NCBI GenBank assembly: GCA_039096935.1
Contig: JBBPEE010000035.1
Span: forward strand, 186,001 to 250,000
Length of the DNA stretch: 64,000 nt
Direction: 5' to 3'
DNA from: Blastocystis sp. ATCC 50177/Nand II
Lineage: Eukaryota
Shown piece after piece: positions 11,501 to 22,520 of this stretch. Position 1 is the stretch's first letter; every line of letters starts with the position of its first letter. The notes beneath the pieces are model-generated. The model was not told where the DNA came from. It worked only from the letters and a program-made list of their open reading frames with translations, and made no database searches. A program made the translations under genes and the position numbers.

Positions 11501-14017
11501 CGCTGATCTGCTGGATGTTCAGCGGGCCGCCCTTGGAGCCGGCCACGGTCATGGCCTGCAGGCTGTTGTCGCTGCGCAGGTGCTTCATCAGCTCCTTCTG
11601 TGTCTGCTTGGCCATGCTGTTCAGCTCGTTGTTCACGCTGAACTCGAAGAACTGCTCGATCGTCTTGCCCGGCTGCTTCTCCAGCTGCTTGTGCTGGCCC
11701 TGCTGGATCAGCTGCGTCACCTTCACCTTCGCCTTCGCGATCAGCTCCATGATGTTCTGCACCGTCGACGGCGCCGGCACCATGTCCCCCAGACCCACCG
11801 AGAACCCGCGGTTCATCAACCAGTAGTTCACCATGCGCTGGTTCAGTCCGAGGAAGTCGCGCGCCGCCTCCGGCCCCTTGTCGTTCATCAGCACGTGCGT
11901 GATGCCGCCGCTCTTGGTGTTGCCGATGGAGTTCTTGTCAATGATGCCCATCAGCAGCTCGCCCTCCAGGATCATCACCTCTGTGTCCATCGCGTTCAGC
12001 CGCAGCTTGCTGTCCTTGCTGTACGACGTCGAGAACCGCTTCAGGTTGATGTCCTTCTACGCCTCATTTTGACTCACCACACCCACCGGCAACAGCATCG
12101 AGTACAGCTGCTTGCCCGTCCACAGCGGCGTGACCTTGCCGCGCTCATCGCGCACCATCACGGCCGGCACGGGAATGTTGCCGTCGAAGTTGTCCACCCA
12201 CATCAGCATGTTCATCGTCATGTCCTTCGGGATGAAGGTGTCGCGCTGCGTCAGCTTCTGCGAGCCCAGCAGCGTATCCTGCACGATGCCCATCACCGGG
12301 CCGTTGCTCTTCGGCGATATGATGTTCTTGTGCACCATCATCAGCTGCGTCACCTCCGCGCGCGCCTCCACCGTCTATGCATCAAATCCGCCAGCCTGCC
12401 GGACTTGAGGCACGTGGATGTTCATCTCGTCGCCGTCGAAATCGGCGTTGTACGGCGTGGTGCAGGACAGGTTGAGGCGGAAGGTGGAGTAGTCCAGCAC
12501 GCGCACGCGGTGGCCCATGATGGACATCTTGTGGAGCGACGGCTGCCGGTTGAACAGCACGATGTCGCCGTCGTTGATGTGTCGCTCCACGATCATGCCC
12601 TCCTTCAGCGCCGGCACCTACGCCTCACACGCTCCACGCACACCCACGCCCGGCGTGTACCGCAGGTCGTGCCGCACGCCGTCCGTGTCGATCAGGTACT
12701 TGGCGCCGGGCCACTCGTCCTTGCGCGCCACCAGCTCCGACAGCTTCTTGATGTTGTACCGCGTCACGCGCTCGGGGAACGTCAGGATCGTCGCCAGCGA
12801 CCGCGGCACGCCCACCTCGTCGATGTCGATCGTCGGGTCTGCCGTGATCACCGACCGCCCGCTGAAGTTCACACGCTTGCCCATCAGGTTGCCGCGCACG
12901 CGGCCCGTCTTGCCCTACGCCTTAGCGCCGCGCGCTGCACCCACCTTGATGCGCTGCCGGAAGGTCTTGAGCGGACGTTTGTTCTTCTGCGTGGCGCGCA
13001 CCACGCCCGCGCGCTCGTTGTCGATGTAGTTGCTGTAGTAGATTTGCAGCATGTCCTGGTCCGCGCTCATCTCGTTCGTCGCCTTGCCGCGATACTTCTA
13101 CGCCTCACGCGCTGCGGTGGGATGCACGTCGCCCATGATCGTAATGTTGACTTTCAGAATGTTCGACAGCGCGAACGTGATATCGTCCTCGCTGAGCGTC
13201 GTGCTGCCGGGGAGCATCACGGAGGGGCGCACGGCGATCGGAGGCACCTGATGATCATGCGCATGTCACGCGCTCACGGGGATGTCGCTGAGGATCATGT
13301 ACTCCGGCTTCACCGTCGGGTAGTCGAATCCCATGAAGCGCGCGTCCTCCGGGGAAATGTGGCGGAAGATGTCCTTCACCTTCGAGGGGGAGATGAACTC
13401 GCTCTCCTCCTGGCCGTCCTCGGCCATCAGCGTCATTTTGATCTTCAGACTACGCCTCAGACAGCCCGGGCGGGATTACCCCTCGCGGCGGTACTTGACG
13501 CGGCGCTGACCGCATCCTCCCCTCTTCTTGTCGCACACCTTCACGTTCTTCGCGCGCTCGAACACTTCGTGCAGGCGCTGCGCATTATCCATGCTCTCGA
13601 AGTCTGGAATCTCTCCGTAGTGCACCAGACAGCGGCTGCAGTGGAAGCACACGCTAGACAGCACGCGGTATCTACGCCGTCACGAATTCGCCGCAGAGGA
13701 AACATGGCTTCCAGAAATCCCACGTGGAAGATTTCTGCATTGAGGTGAATGTGGCCGAAGTGGCCCGGACAGTCTTCATATTTGCGATGGCAAGTTTCGC
13801 AGACATCGGACCTGCCCACCGTTCCGAGGCGCGGATCGTTCAGGCCTCCCCGGACGGGCTTTCCGTTCACTGCGATCTCCACACGATACACGCCATCCTG
13901 CTCACCGTCCTTCCCCTCCGTTACCGAGTTCTTAATCACTTCTTCCGGAGAGAGAATGCTGAAGTCAATCTCGCGGATCGGGCGAAGAGGCGCTACAGTT
14001 CCGTATAGTGGTGGCAT
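8529..14017 (-). CDS. RPB1: RNA polymerase II largest subunit (multi-intron)
   Basis: [20 protein letters not shown], catalytic [24 protein letters not shown]-terminal heptad repeats. Confidence 0.99.
8586..9101 (-). repeat. Pol II CTD 21-bp coding repeat: 1x YSPSSPA + 23x YSPTSPA + partial YSPT
   Basis: 516-nt tandem array translated directly; synonymous sites vary between units. Confidence 0.95.
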
Positions 14018-14183
14018 GGCAATTCCCTTGACTCTACACACGCGAGTTAGCACACACTACGTCCTTCGCATCAACACCCAAATACATGAATTGAAATGAT
14101 CTGAAAAACGATCAAAATCAATTTCTGAAGAGCACCTCCTCCGCATTTTGCATATGCGAAACGGCTTGCTGTTTTGGATCCGC

Positions 14184-14191
14184 AACAAACA
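14184..14191 (-). terminator. TGTTTGTT 3'-processing motif (example; similar motifs at 2571+, 7109+, 8510-, 20796+, 20849-, 24911+, 28046+, 30292+, 59870+)
   Basis: Recurs within about 2-30 nt of nearly every gene end; known Blastocystis polyadenylation-associated motif. Confidence 0.85.
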
Positions 14192-14195
14192 AAGG

Positions 14196-15797
14196 TACAT
14201 GTTCAGCAATTGTTCAAAATACGCATACAGCGCCTCATACCCACTGTTCAGCGCGTTCACATACTCCGGGTTGTTCACATCCATCTTGTGCCCCTTCAGA
14301 ATCCCCTCCACCTGGTTCTTCAGTATACAGGTGCAGCACATCTTCCACGTGTTCTGATATTCCTGCTGAAGCTGCCTCGACGCCTCGTCCTGCACATTAC
14401 ACAGTTTTCCATCCTGCCGAAGATTTCGCGAGTAGATGGAGCAGAACTTCCTTCTACTGTTCGTGTCGACACTGCTGCTCGCCTCCTGGATCATCATGTT
14501 GCCGTACTCGTTAATCCAGAAATGCACCTGCACACGCAGAGTCTGCGACGACGAACTCCACTCCAGCGCCGTCAAGAAGAACGCCTTCTCCAAATCGATG
14601 AACTCCTCTTCCATTCCCTCCATCCTGTACACATTCTCCCGCTTTCCCGCGTACACTCTGAACTTCCCGCCATTCGTGTCCACCACGATCGGGTTCGGGT
14701 CGAACTCCAGCGGCATCGGGCTGTTGTCGTCCAGGAGCAGCTTGCCCCGTGTGGCCTGCACCTGTTTGAACAGGCACAACGGCAGCGCCACCGACGGGCT
14801 GCCCATGCGCACTTCGCATAGGCAGTCACGGGACAACTGCATGTCGTTCGCCTGTGCCACGGCACCGATCGGGGTCGCCAGTGCGGGGTAGTTGCTGTAG
14901 CGTGGGTTCAGTTCCTTCAGCTCCTCCTTCACCTTAGCGCTAATCTCGGGTCTGGAGGGAAGACTGCCCACCACATAGAGGAACAGCTTGCTCTTCACCA
15001 CACGGTTTTCCTGATCCACGAACCCGTTGCAGTTCAGGTAGGACACGTTCCGATTGAGCATTTGGTTGATCCTGATGTGCGACTCTCTGATTGCCTCCCA
15101 AATACTGTCCAGACTAGTAGGATCTATCCTGTTAGTTCGCACGATAGAATGAACCCGCAATAGGCCCAGAGCACGAATCATAGATCGTACACTGCCGATT
15201 GTTCACTTGAACGAGTGTACACTCGTAGCCGTCCTCGTTCATGTAGTACGTCAGCATATAGTACAGTTCACCCAGAACATTGACGGAATCCTGAGCTCCG
15301 GTATAGTGGATGTATTCATTCACAATAGCAGCTGGTTCAGAAAGAATAGAGATCACGTTGAAGCCCTGAGACATGGCTGCCTTGATTAGATCCTCCCGAT
15401 ATCTCGGTTTGGAGTGAAGCGGAACGGTCAGCACAACATCGCGAATTCCCTCCTTTATGTTCGCAATGGAATCCTTTATGTGGGAGAAGATCGCCTCTGC
15501 TCCAAATCGCGCCGGAATCATCAGAGTCGAAGAACCAATAGGATTATTGAAGTCGTTCTTGCCAAGACGATCTCGAATCCCTTTGATGAGCGACAATCCC
15601 CTTCTCTTCATATCATTGTCATTCGTAAAGTAACGAATTCCATCGCTTCGAATGCCGATAGTCGAGCAAAGGAAATCGCAGCCGTTGAACACGTCCCCTC
15701 TCAGTTCACCATAACGTATGAGAGCCACTCGGATTCGGCGGCTTCCGAAGGAAACACCCACGGCATTTAGCACATCAACGTGAATCTGAAGATTCAT
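14196..15797 (-). CDS. divergent Hsp70-like (actin-fold) protein; stop codon probably completed by poly(A)
   Basis: AVGVSFGSRRIRVA and VVLTVP...AAMSQGFNVISILSEPAA resemble Hsp70 NBD motifs; 31-nt intron near 15125-15155; ends ATG-TA|CCTT|TGTTTGTT. Confidence 0.6.
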
Positions 15798-17192
15798 TGC
15801 GTTATTCTGACAAAGCAGTAGATGCCAAATGTTCCCCCTATTTCCGTGATCGGGTTTGTTCAGTTCTTTGAACAGCCAGTTCGGTTTCGCTCCCTCTTCT
15901 TTCTTCATGAACCCCTTTCTGCGGCGTGTAGGAGTCGTATGGAATGGTTTATCCCCCAGAAAACCGAGAATGCCCCAGCAGCTCCCTCCTTTGCTCATCA
16001 GGAGGTGCAGCCTTTATCGTCAACCCTTCCTCCGCCTCCTCTTCATTCTTCTCAACAATCCATCCCTCCTGCTCCAATTGCCCCTTCCCTTTCCTCGTAC
16101 CCTGCTGCTTCCATGGTAATCCTAATGGAATAGTCCGTCCTCTCTTCCCCCTCCTCCCTCTGGAATGTACTCTTCTACCCCGATTCCAGTCCAGCCACAA
16201 CGGGCAAAGCAAGGAAGAACTGCCGCCGATCTGTACGCGCAGCGTGCCCCTGCTGTCCGCGATACAGCAGGGATTCAGCAACCCAACTCGCATCCTGTGC
16301 AGGAGCCGGATTACACACCCGCTCCCATCTACCAAGAACCCGTTCCCATTGTGGTTTGGTTTCACTCCCAGCCAGCAGAGGTGATTCCTCCCGAGCAGCG
16401 TGTCAGCGGTGCCGCCATTCCCCATCCAGAAGTCCGTTATGCTGCTCCTGTGAAGTGTGCCACAGATGATCCGCAAGTGTCTCTCCCGCTGGCCGGAGAT
16501 CCCATCGAAGTGATCGAGGGAATGAACAGCTCCCCTCTCTTCATGCGTGCCTCCGCCAACACTCTCGCCGAGGAGCGATCCATGATGAACGCCATTCTCT
16601 CCGGCAACGACACCTCCTTCAGCACGGGACTCGGAATCGTTCTGACTCCCTTCACCAAGAATGCATCTCTTCTTTCACCTCGTGATGATTAGCAATCCAT
16701 CACCCGCATCGATCGTACTCATGGCATTCCCCGTTGCTCCCACTGCCGCGGCTACATCAACTGCTTCTGCACCTTCCTCGCCAACGCCACTCGCTTCTGC
16801 TGCAACCTCTGTGGCGAAGAATCCGACCTGCCCGACTGGTTCCGCGGTTATGTTCCCTCTTTGGCGGGCTCCGCGCCCACCACGCCAGAACTGCAGGGAG
16901 GGAGTTTCGAGGCCGTGGTGGACGCCGCACAATTCAACATGCACCCGTTACCGGTGCGTGTGCGGAGAGCGTTTGATGCATAGTCCGACACCTTCGTGTT
17001 CGTGATCGATTGTTCCGTCGTGGCGGTGAACTCGGGACTGTTGCGCGCCGCCTGCGACGCCGTGCGTGCGGCGGCGGCGCTGCTGGCGGAGAAGCACAAC
17101 GGCAGTCGTGTGGGGTTCGTGATGTGCGACGTGCGATGTCGGTACATCGGGTGCGTGAAGGGTCGGTTGACAGAGAAGATCGACGCCGATTA

Positions 17193-17238
17193 AAGTAGTG
17201 GCACAAACCCCTGAAATGGCACAAACCCCGGAACGACC
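17193..17238 (+). repeat. left TIR (contains TGGCACAAACCCC twice)
   Basis: AAGTAGTGGCACAAACCCCTGAAATGGCACAAACCCCGGAACGACC is the exact reverse complement of 18869-18914. Confidence 0.97.
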
Positions 17239-17470
17239 ACCGGCGAAACGCCCACTACCCTGCCCAATGGATAGTACATGAAGAGTTATTAGGGTTAAGC
17301 CATAGATAGTCAAGAGCTCCTATGGAAGAATCTGGAGAAAAACGGTCCTCAAATCTCATTGGTCGACCGTATCTTTCGTCATTTCTCCCCCACAAGGCCT
17401 ATTTCTTCAAACCCTTTTGCATTTTCTTTGTGTTTACAACAAAACACTATCACACCGAATTTGGCCAGGC

Positions 17471-18718
17471 TCAGAACAGCTTCACTCCCGTCAATCGCGA
17501 TTTCCGGCAATTGCGGCGTTCTTCGTTCTTCTCCGGCAGCTGAGCTAGGATGGAGGAGTGGTCATCAGAAAGCAGTGTCGTTCGCTTCCAGGCCTGCAGG
17601 ATGTTGCTTCTTGTGAAGGCATCCGAAAAGGCGTTTCTAGAAGCATCGAGCACGGCTTCTATCCCGTTGCTCTTGCAGTACTCCTTGAGGTGGGTCTTAT
17701 AGGGACTATAGATCCCCACGTCCAGGGGTTGGAGGAGAGCAGTGGTCTTCGCAGGCAGGATGACCATATGGATGTTTTCACTTCTTAAAGCTCGCTCCAC
17801 AGCCTTGTCATACCGACTTGCGTGCGCATCTGCTATTATCAGGGCATGTCTATCCTTGTTGTTGCCTCTGATCTGATTTACCGCGGGAATCAGCAGATCG
17901 CGCATCCACCGAGCTAAGCTCTCATTGCTCATCCAACCCTTCGCGGACTGGGCAATGTAGTTATTATCCAAATGAATCTTCTCCAGAATCGGCGCGAGGC
18001 GCTTTCTGGGAGGGATAATGTAATACTCGGGTAATGCCAGACCCGCCCCCGAGATACAGCCTACCAGAGTATAGTGCTCTCTCGGATTGCCCTGCTTCTT
18101 GGTAGGGATATCCCCACGGGCATGAGCTACTTTACAGCGCGGCGCCTTGTCCTGGGGCGAGATCCACGATTCGTCAAAATTGAAAACAAGATCAGGTGTA
18201 ATTCCGTACTCTTTCAGAACCTTACCCACGAGAGCGAAGAACTCGCTCGCCTCATCAATGGATAGTAGTTTCTTAGTAGTATAGGAATTGCAACACTTAT
18301 CCAGCAAAAGCCCCCCCTCCCCCAAGATTTTGCGAATGTACCCTCTGGACACCAATCTCCGGTTATGCAAAACGGCGGGGCGTTTGGCCCGGACAATGTC
18401 CGTAACATACTCGCGCATCTCCTTCATAGTTGCACAATTACCCTCATGGGACTTGCACTCCACCCAGTCCCAAAATTCGACCTTTTCCACATCTCGAAGA
18501 TAGGGTGGTCTCCCGTTGCGCCCAACCTCCCTCCCCTCTTTCATCGCATTCACTGCACTATAGTAGGATGATTTGGAGAGTTTCAGTTTCTTCTGAAGAA
18601 GTTGATTGGAATCGACATCATCGCAATTCACATCGCCGCTCAGCCGTTTGATGGCGCTGAACTTCTTTCTGGGTGAGGTTTGATTCCTCACTTCACTCCT
18701 TGCAAACACGCGGTTCAT
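17471..18718 (-). CDS. pogo-like DDE_1/CENP-B-type transposase
   Basis: HTH region with GRPPYL; catalytic triad VFNFDESW / IIADAHASR / LQPLDVG with 35 residues between D2 and D3; intronless; first ATG at 18718 (the ORF track starts at a TTG at 18745). Confidence 0.93.
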   Translation of the reverse strand: MNRVFARSEVRNQTSPRKKFSAIKRLSGDVNCDDVDSNQLLQKKLKLSKSSYYSAVNAMKEGREVGRNGRPPYLRDVEKVEFWDWVECKSHEGNCATMKEMREYVTDIVRAKRPAVLHNRRLVSRGYIRKILGEGGLLLDKCCNSYTTKKLLSIDEASEFFALVGKVLKEYGITPDLVFNFDESWISPQDKAPRCKVAHARGDIPTKKQGNPREHYTLVGCISGAGLALPEYYIIPPRKRLAPILEKIHLDNNYIAQSAKGWMSNESLARWMRDLLIPAVNQIRGNNKDRHALIIADAHASRYDKAVERALRSENIHMVILPAKTTALLQPLDVGIYSPYKTHLKEYCKSNGIEAVLDASRNAFSDAFTRSNILQAWKRTTLLSDDHSSILAQLPEKNEERRNCRKSRLTGVKLF

Positions 18719-18773
18719 CTCAAAGAAATAATGAAGATTGGCCAAAAAGGTAATGATTTCTGTTATTCGTTTT

Positions 18774-18803
18774 GGAAGATTCTGGAAGATTCTAGAACAT
18801 TTG
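18774..18803. promoter_or_regulatory. heat-shock element (five perfect alternating nGAAn units) upstream of the transposase
   Basis: gGAAgaTTCtgGAAgaTTCtaGAAcaTTT, about 56 bp 5' of the transposase ATG. Confidence 0.65.
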
Positions 18804-18868
18804 ATTGAATAAACATGTTTCTTACACTAATACCTATCCACATGAAAATTGGTGAAAAAGAACTAAGA

Positions 18869-18914
18869 GGTCGTTCCGGGGTTTGTGCCATTTCAGGGGT
18901 TTGTGCCACTACTT
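18869..18914 (-). repeat. right TIR
   Basis: Exact inverted copy of 17193-17238. Confidence 0.97.
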
Positions 18915-20860
18915 TATGAGAGTGCCTTTGCCTGCGTGCAGCCCGACGCCTGGCTCCTCTCCGTGAATGAGACCACCCTTCCGGATGTAACACAGTGATG
19001 GGAGTGTCAGTCGCAGATCAATCGCATCGTCGCTTACATCTTGGCGCACGCCTCCTCCTCCACCACCTCCACGCACGCCATTCTGCCTGCTGCGCTCAAG
19101 GCGGTGGCTTCCATCTTGCAACCCTGTGGCGGACACGTGATCGCGGTGCAGGGCAGCTATGCCATCGGCGAGGGCAGTTCGCAGGTGTGCGAGGGCGTAC
19201 GGACCTACGGCACCACCGAGGAGTCTTCTCTGTGGGGTTGGAGAAGTGAAATCACGATTAGGTATTCGCTCAATGTCACCACCGGCTTCTACGAGACGCT
19301 GGCGGTCATGTGTCTGCGCTCCAACACGACCATCCACCTCATTGCGGGCGGCAGCACCGACGCCTTCTTCAGTATCTGCAATCTCCAGGAGGTGTTGCTT
19401 CAATCGGGAGGCTCGCTGCGTTATACCACCGCGCTCAGCTCCGTTTTCAAGGAGCACGCGTTGGCAGACCTGCATGCCGCAATTCAGCTGCTCGTGCTCA
19501 GACCCATCGCTCGTTACGTCTCGGGGAAGCTCCGTCTCAGCCCGGGTATTCCTATTCCCATTGCTTCATCGTAGGCCTCTCTGTCGCTGCCTACCACGGC
19601 GGAATCACCTACGACGAATCGAGGGCGTTCTGCACTGCGGGTATGACCTCCGAGGATTCCGTCGTAGCGGAGGTGGAGATGGACCGCTACATCACCGGAC
19701 CGTACGCCTACGCGCAGTTTGCCGTATTATATCCTGTTTGGGAGCATTTGCGCGTAAGCGTCCTTTATTCACGTTCTACAATGAAACGAACGAGTGCTGT
19801 CTCCGTGTGTTCAACCACCGCTTCCCCGTCTCCACGGACTACCGAACCGTTCTGTTGTTGATTTGGCGTTATTAGTAGATCTACCACAATCTGGACTTCT
19901 CCGCCTATTTCCTGACGCTGGTGCGCGCGACAGTGAGTCACATGAGCGAGGACACGGTCTACAACATCCGGAACAAACTGAGCGAGGTGGTTGCCAATGT
20001 GCTTGCCGCATATCGCAACAACGTGTGCTACTCGTCCCCGAAGTGTCCTGATGATCGAATCGCGTTAGACGTAGCGCAATTGAATCTGCCAGAATCACTC
20101 TCTCTCCTTCCTCTGTTCCTGAACAGTCTTCTCAAAACCCCGTTGCTGGCGATGTCTCCGATGAACACCTCCGCGAATCTGCAATCCATCTATCCCCGCG
20201 GGGATCTTCGTGCCTACTGGAAATGGGTGCATCATGGGCTCGAAATTGAGGGGTAGTTGTGCTACACGCAGTCCGCGGAGCGAGTGCTGAATGCCGTGTA
20301 CCCGCGGTTATACCGGCTGGACGAGGCGAAGTCCGACTGGGGCGAGGAGAATGAGGGTCATCTCGTCATGCCGGACCGGCTGCCCTGCTCCGGCGCGGCG
20401 CTGACCCACGACGGCGTGTTCCTGCTGGCGTGTGACGAAGCGTGTGGATTGAGGCGTGGCGTGAGGTGTAGACTGTTCGTGGTGGTGGGCAAGACGGTGA
20501 CGGCGGAGCTGTGCGGGCGGCTGTTCGGCGTGGCGACGGTCGTGAACAGCGTGCACGGCGCGTCGCTGAGTCTGCTGCAGTCGGAGGACTTGCTTGTGCA
20601 GAGGGTGTGGCGTGTGGTGGAGCGAGTGAAGGAGGAGCTGGGCGAGGAGCTTCAGGTGCGGATTGTGGTACGTGGGGAGAAGGAGATGAACGAGGTGAGT
20701 CTGCTGCTGCGCGACGACCGCATCCGGCTGGACGGCAGTCTGTCGGAGTTCGTGTGTGAGTTCTTCAAGCGTGTTTTAGCCAAGTACAAGTGATGTGTTT
20801 GTTGGACACGAATCATCTCCTATGCATTTCAAATCATAAGGTGACTTCAACAAACACGCC

Positions 20861-22520
20861 ACAGTCCCAGCTTCACCACCGCTCTGTTGCCGCAGCCCGC
20901 CAGCAGGTACTCCGCCTTCGCGCCGAACACCGCCGCGTGATAGCCCTTCACCGCCTCCGCATGCTCGAACGTCTCCTCCCACGTCTTCGTGCTCCACACC
21001 TTCAGCGCCTCTCCCGCTCCGCACAGGTAGGTTCCCGAGTAGTCGAAGCACACCGCATTCACCGCGGAGCCCATCGCCAGGTTCTGAAGACAGCTGCCGT
21101 TGCGCAGGTCCCACACCTTCACCACCTCGTCCTTCGCGCCGCTCGCCATGTAGTACCCGTTCTCGCTGAACGCCAGCCCGCGCACGGCGCCCGCGTGCTC
21201 CGCCAGCGTCACCGCCACCTTCTGGCTTCGCATGTCCCATACCTGCACCGCGCCGCTCGACGCGCCCACGCCCAACAGCAGTCCGTCGGGGTGGAACTGG
21301 ATCGTCTCGGGCGTGGCGTCTACGACTCACACACCCTCGCAGCACACACCCTCCAGACCGCACGCCACCGTCTGCACGGCGCGCGCCGCGGCGATGTCGT
21401 AGAAGCACCACGCGCCGTCGCGGCCGCAGCTGCAGAAGAACTCGCCCACGGGCTGCAACGCCACGCCCGTGACCTCCGCGCTGTGCTGCCTGAACACCGT
21501 GGGCCGCTCCTCTGCCGTCAGCCCTCACGCCCACACTCACGGTCCACCCACAGACGCACCGTCTTGTCGTCCGAGCCGGAAATCACCACCTCGCGCGTCG
21601 GGTGCAGCACGACCGAATTCACCGCCTTTTTGTGCCCCGTGAAGTTGCGACGCACCTTGCGCTCCGCCACGTTGTACAGAAGCACCTGACCGTCCTCGCC
21701 GCCGCTCAGCACCAGGTCCGGCTGCTCCGCACGCTGCGCCACGCACTTCACCGCGGGACTCGCCGTCTTGTGGGCGGTGTAGGAAGCCACCACCTTCCAT
21801 TCCTTCATGGCCTCGGGAGTGCACAGGTCGTCGGGGATCTTGCGCTTGGGGCGGGTCTTGAAGCTCTCCTTCGCCTTCTTCTCCATCTTCGTCATCATCT
21901 CGTCGGAAATCTTGTCCTCCACCTCCATTTCCGCCTCCGGCACGGCCACCGGAGCTGCCTGCACGCTATATGTGAAAAAGAAATCCAACTTTTACTTGGC
22001 GAGCGCCTCGCGGGCAGCATCACGCTCCTTGATGAGTCTGGCGATTACGCGGCATGCAGCTTCGTGCTGGTAGAGGGCCTGACTCAATTCCTGGCGGACG
22101 GCCTGCAGATGCTTCTTGAGCGTGAACGACTCGAGCATCATGCTGTCCCACTCGTTCTGAAGGGAGACAAGTAGACCGGGAATGCTAGTGGCGGGAACAG
22201 GCTTCGGCTTCACGATGGGCTGCGCTAGGAAGAATGAGGAGACTAGGAGGAAAGCAAACTCTTCACGTCGATCAGGTCGTCCACGTCCAGCTCCACGCCC
22301 GTAATCGGACACTTGCCCTCCGTTTTGATGTACCTATCGCGTGATCAAGAGGGCGCTCCCGTCTACTTTGTAATCAGACTCTTCTCATATATATAGCCCG
22401 TCTTCTTGGAGATCACGGGCTCTCTAGGCACTTCTCCCGAAACTACACAGGGGTGAGCGGCAGCCCTTCCCGAGAGAGGAAACACACAAAGAGGCAAAGA
22501 GACGCACTTGCACAGAACAT
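20861..22520 (-). CDS. PRP19: pre-mRNA processing factor 19 (U-box + WD40); stop probably poly(A)-generated
   Basis: [29 protein letters not shown]-box, [34 protein letters not shown] coiled coil, WD40 repeats; ends KLGL-T|GGCG|TGTTTGTT. Confidence 0.95.

Larger units (their letters stand above)
17193..18914 (-). mobile_element. pogo/Fot1-like (Tc1/mariner-related) DD35D DNA transposon, 1722 bp, TA target-site duplication at 17191-17192 and 18915-18916
   Basis: Perfect 46-bp terminal inverted repeats, flanking TA dinucleotides, one intact transposase ORF, insertion inside a host exon. Confidence 0.96.
15907..20793 (+). pseudogene. SEC24: COPII coat Sec24 gene interrupted by a DNA transposon (disrupted allele)
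   Basis: Pro-rich N-terminus, zinc finger RCSHCRGYIN..FCCNLCG, trunk domain (FVFVIDCS), LNLPESLSLLPLF..LLK, gelsolin-like C-terminus. The frame hits TAA at 17191 in the insertion; removing the element and one TA restores DAD-YESAFACVQPDAWLL. Confidence 0.88.

Noticed and set aside
9426..13748. 1440-aa plus-strand ORF
   Set aside because: Antisense shadow of GC3-rich RPB1; no protein-like motifs. The same applies to the long antisense ORFs over RACK1, tubulin, NDUFV1, LSG1 and TMF1.
17190..17193. 3-bp TAA/TTA target duplication (PIF/Harbinger type)
   Set aside because: TIR symmetry and the DD35D transposase fit a TA duplication.
17191..18920. Transposon removed as an intron using the GT in the left TIR and an AG after the right end
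   Set aside because: The in-frame TAA precedes the first GT, and 1.7 kb is far outside the ~30-nt intron norm.
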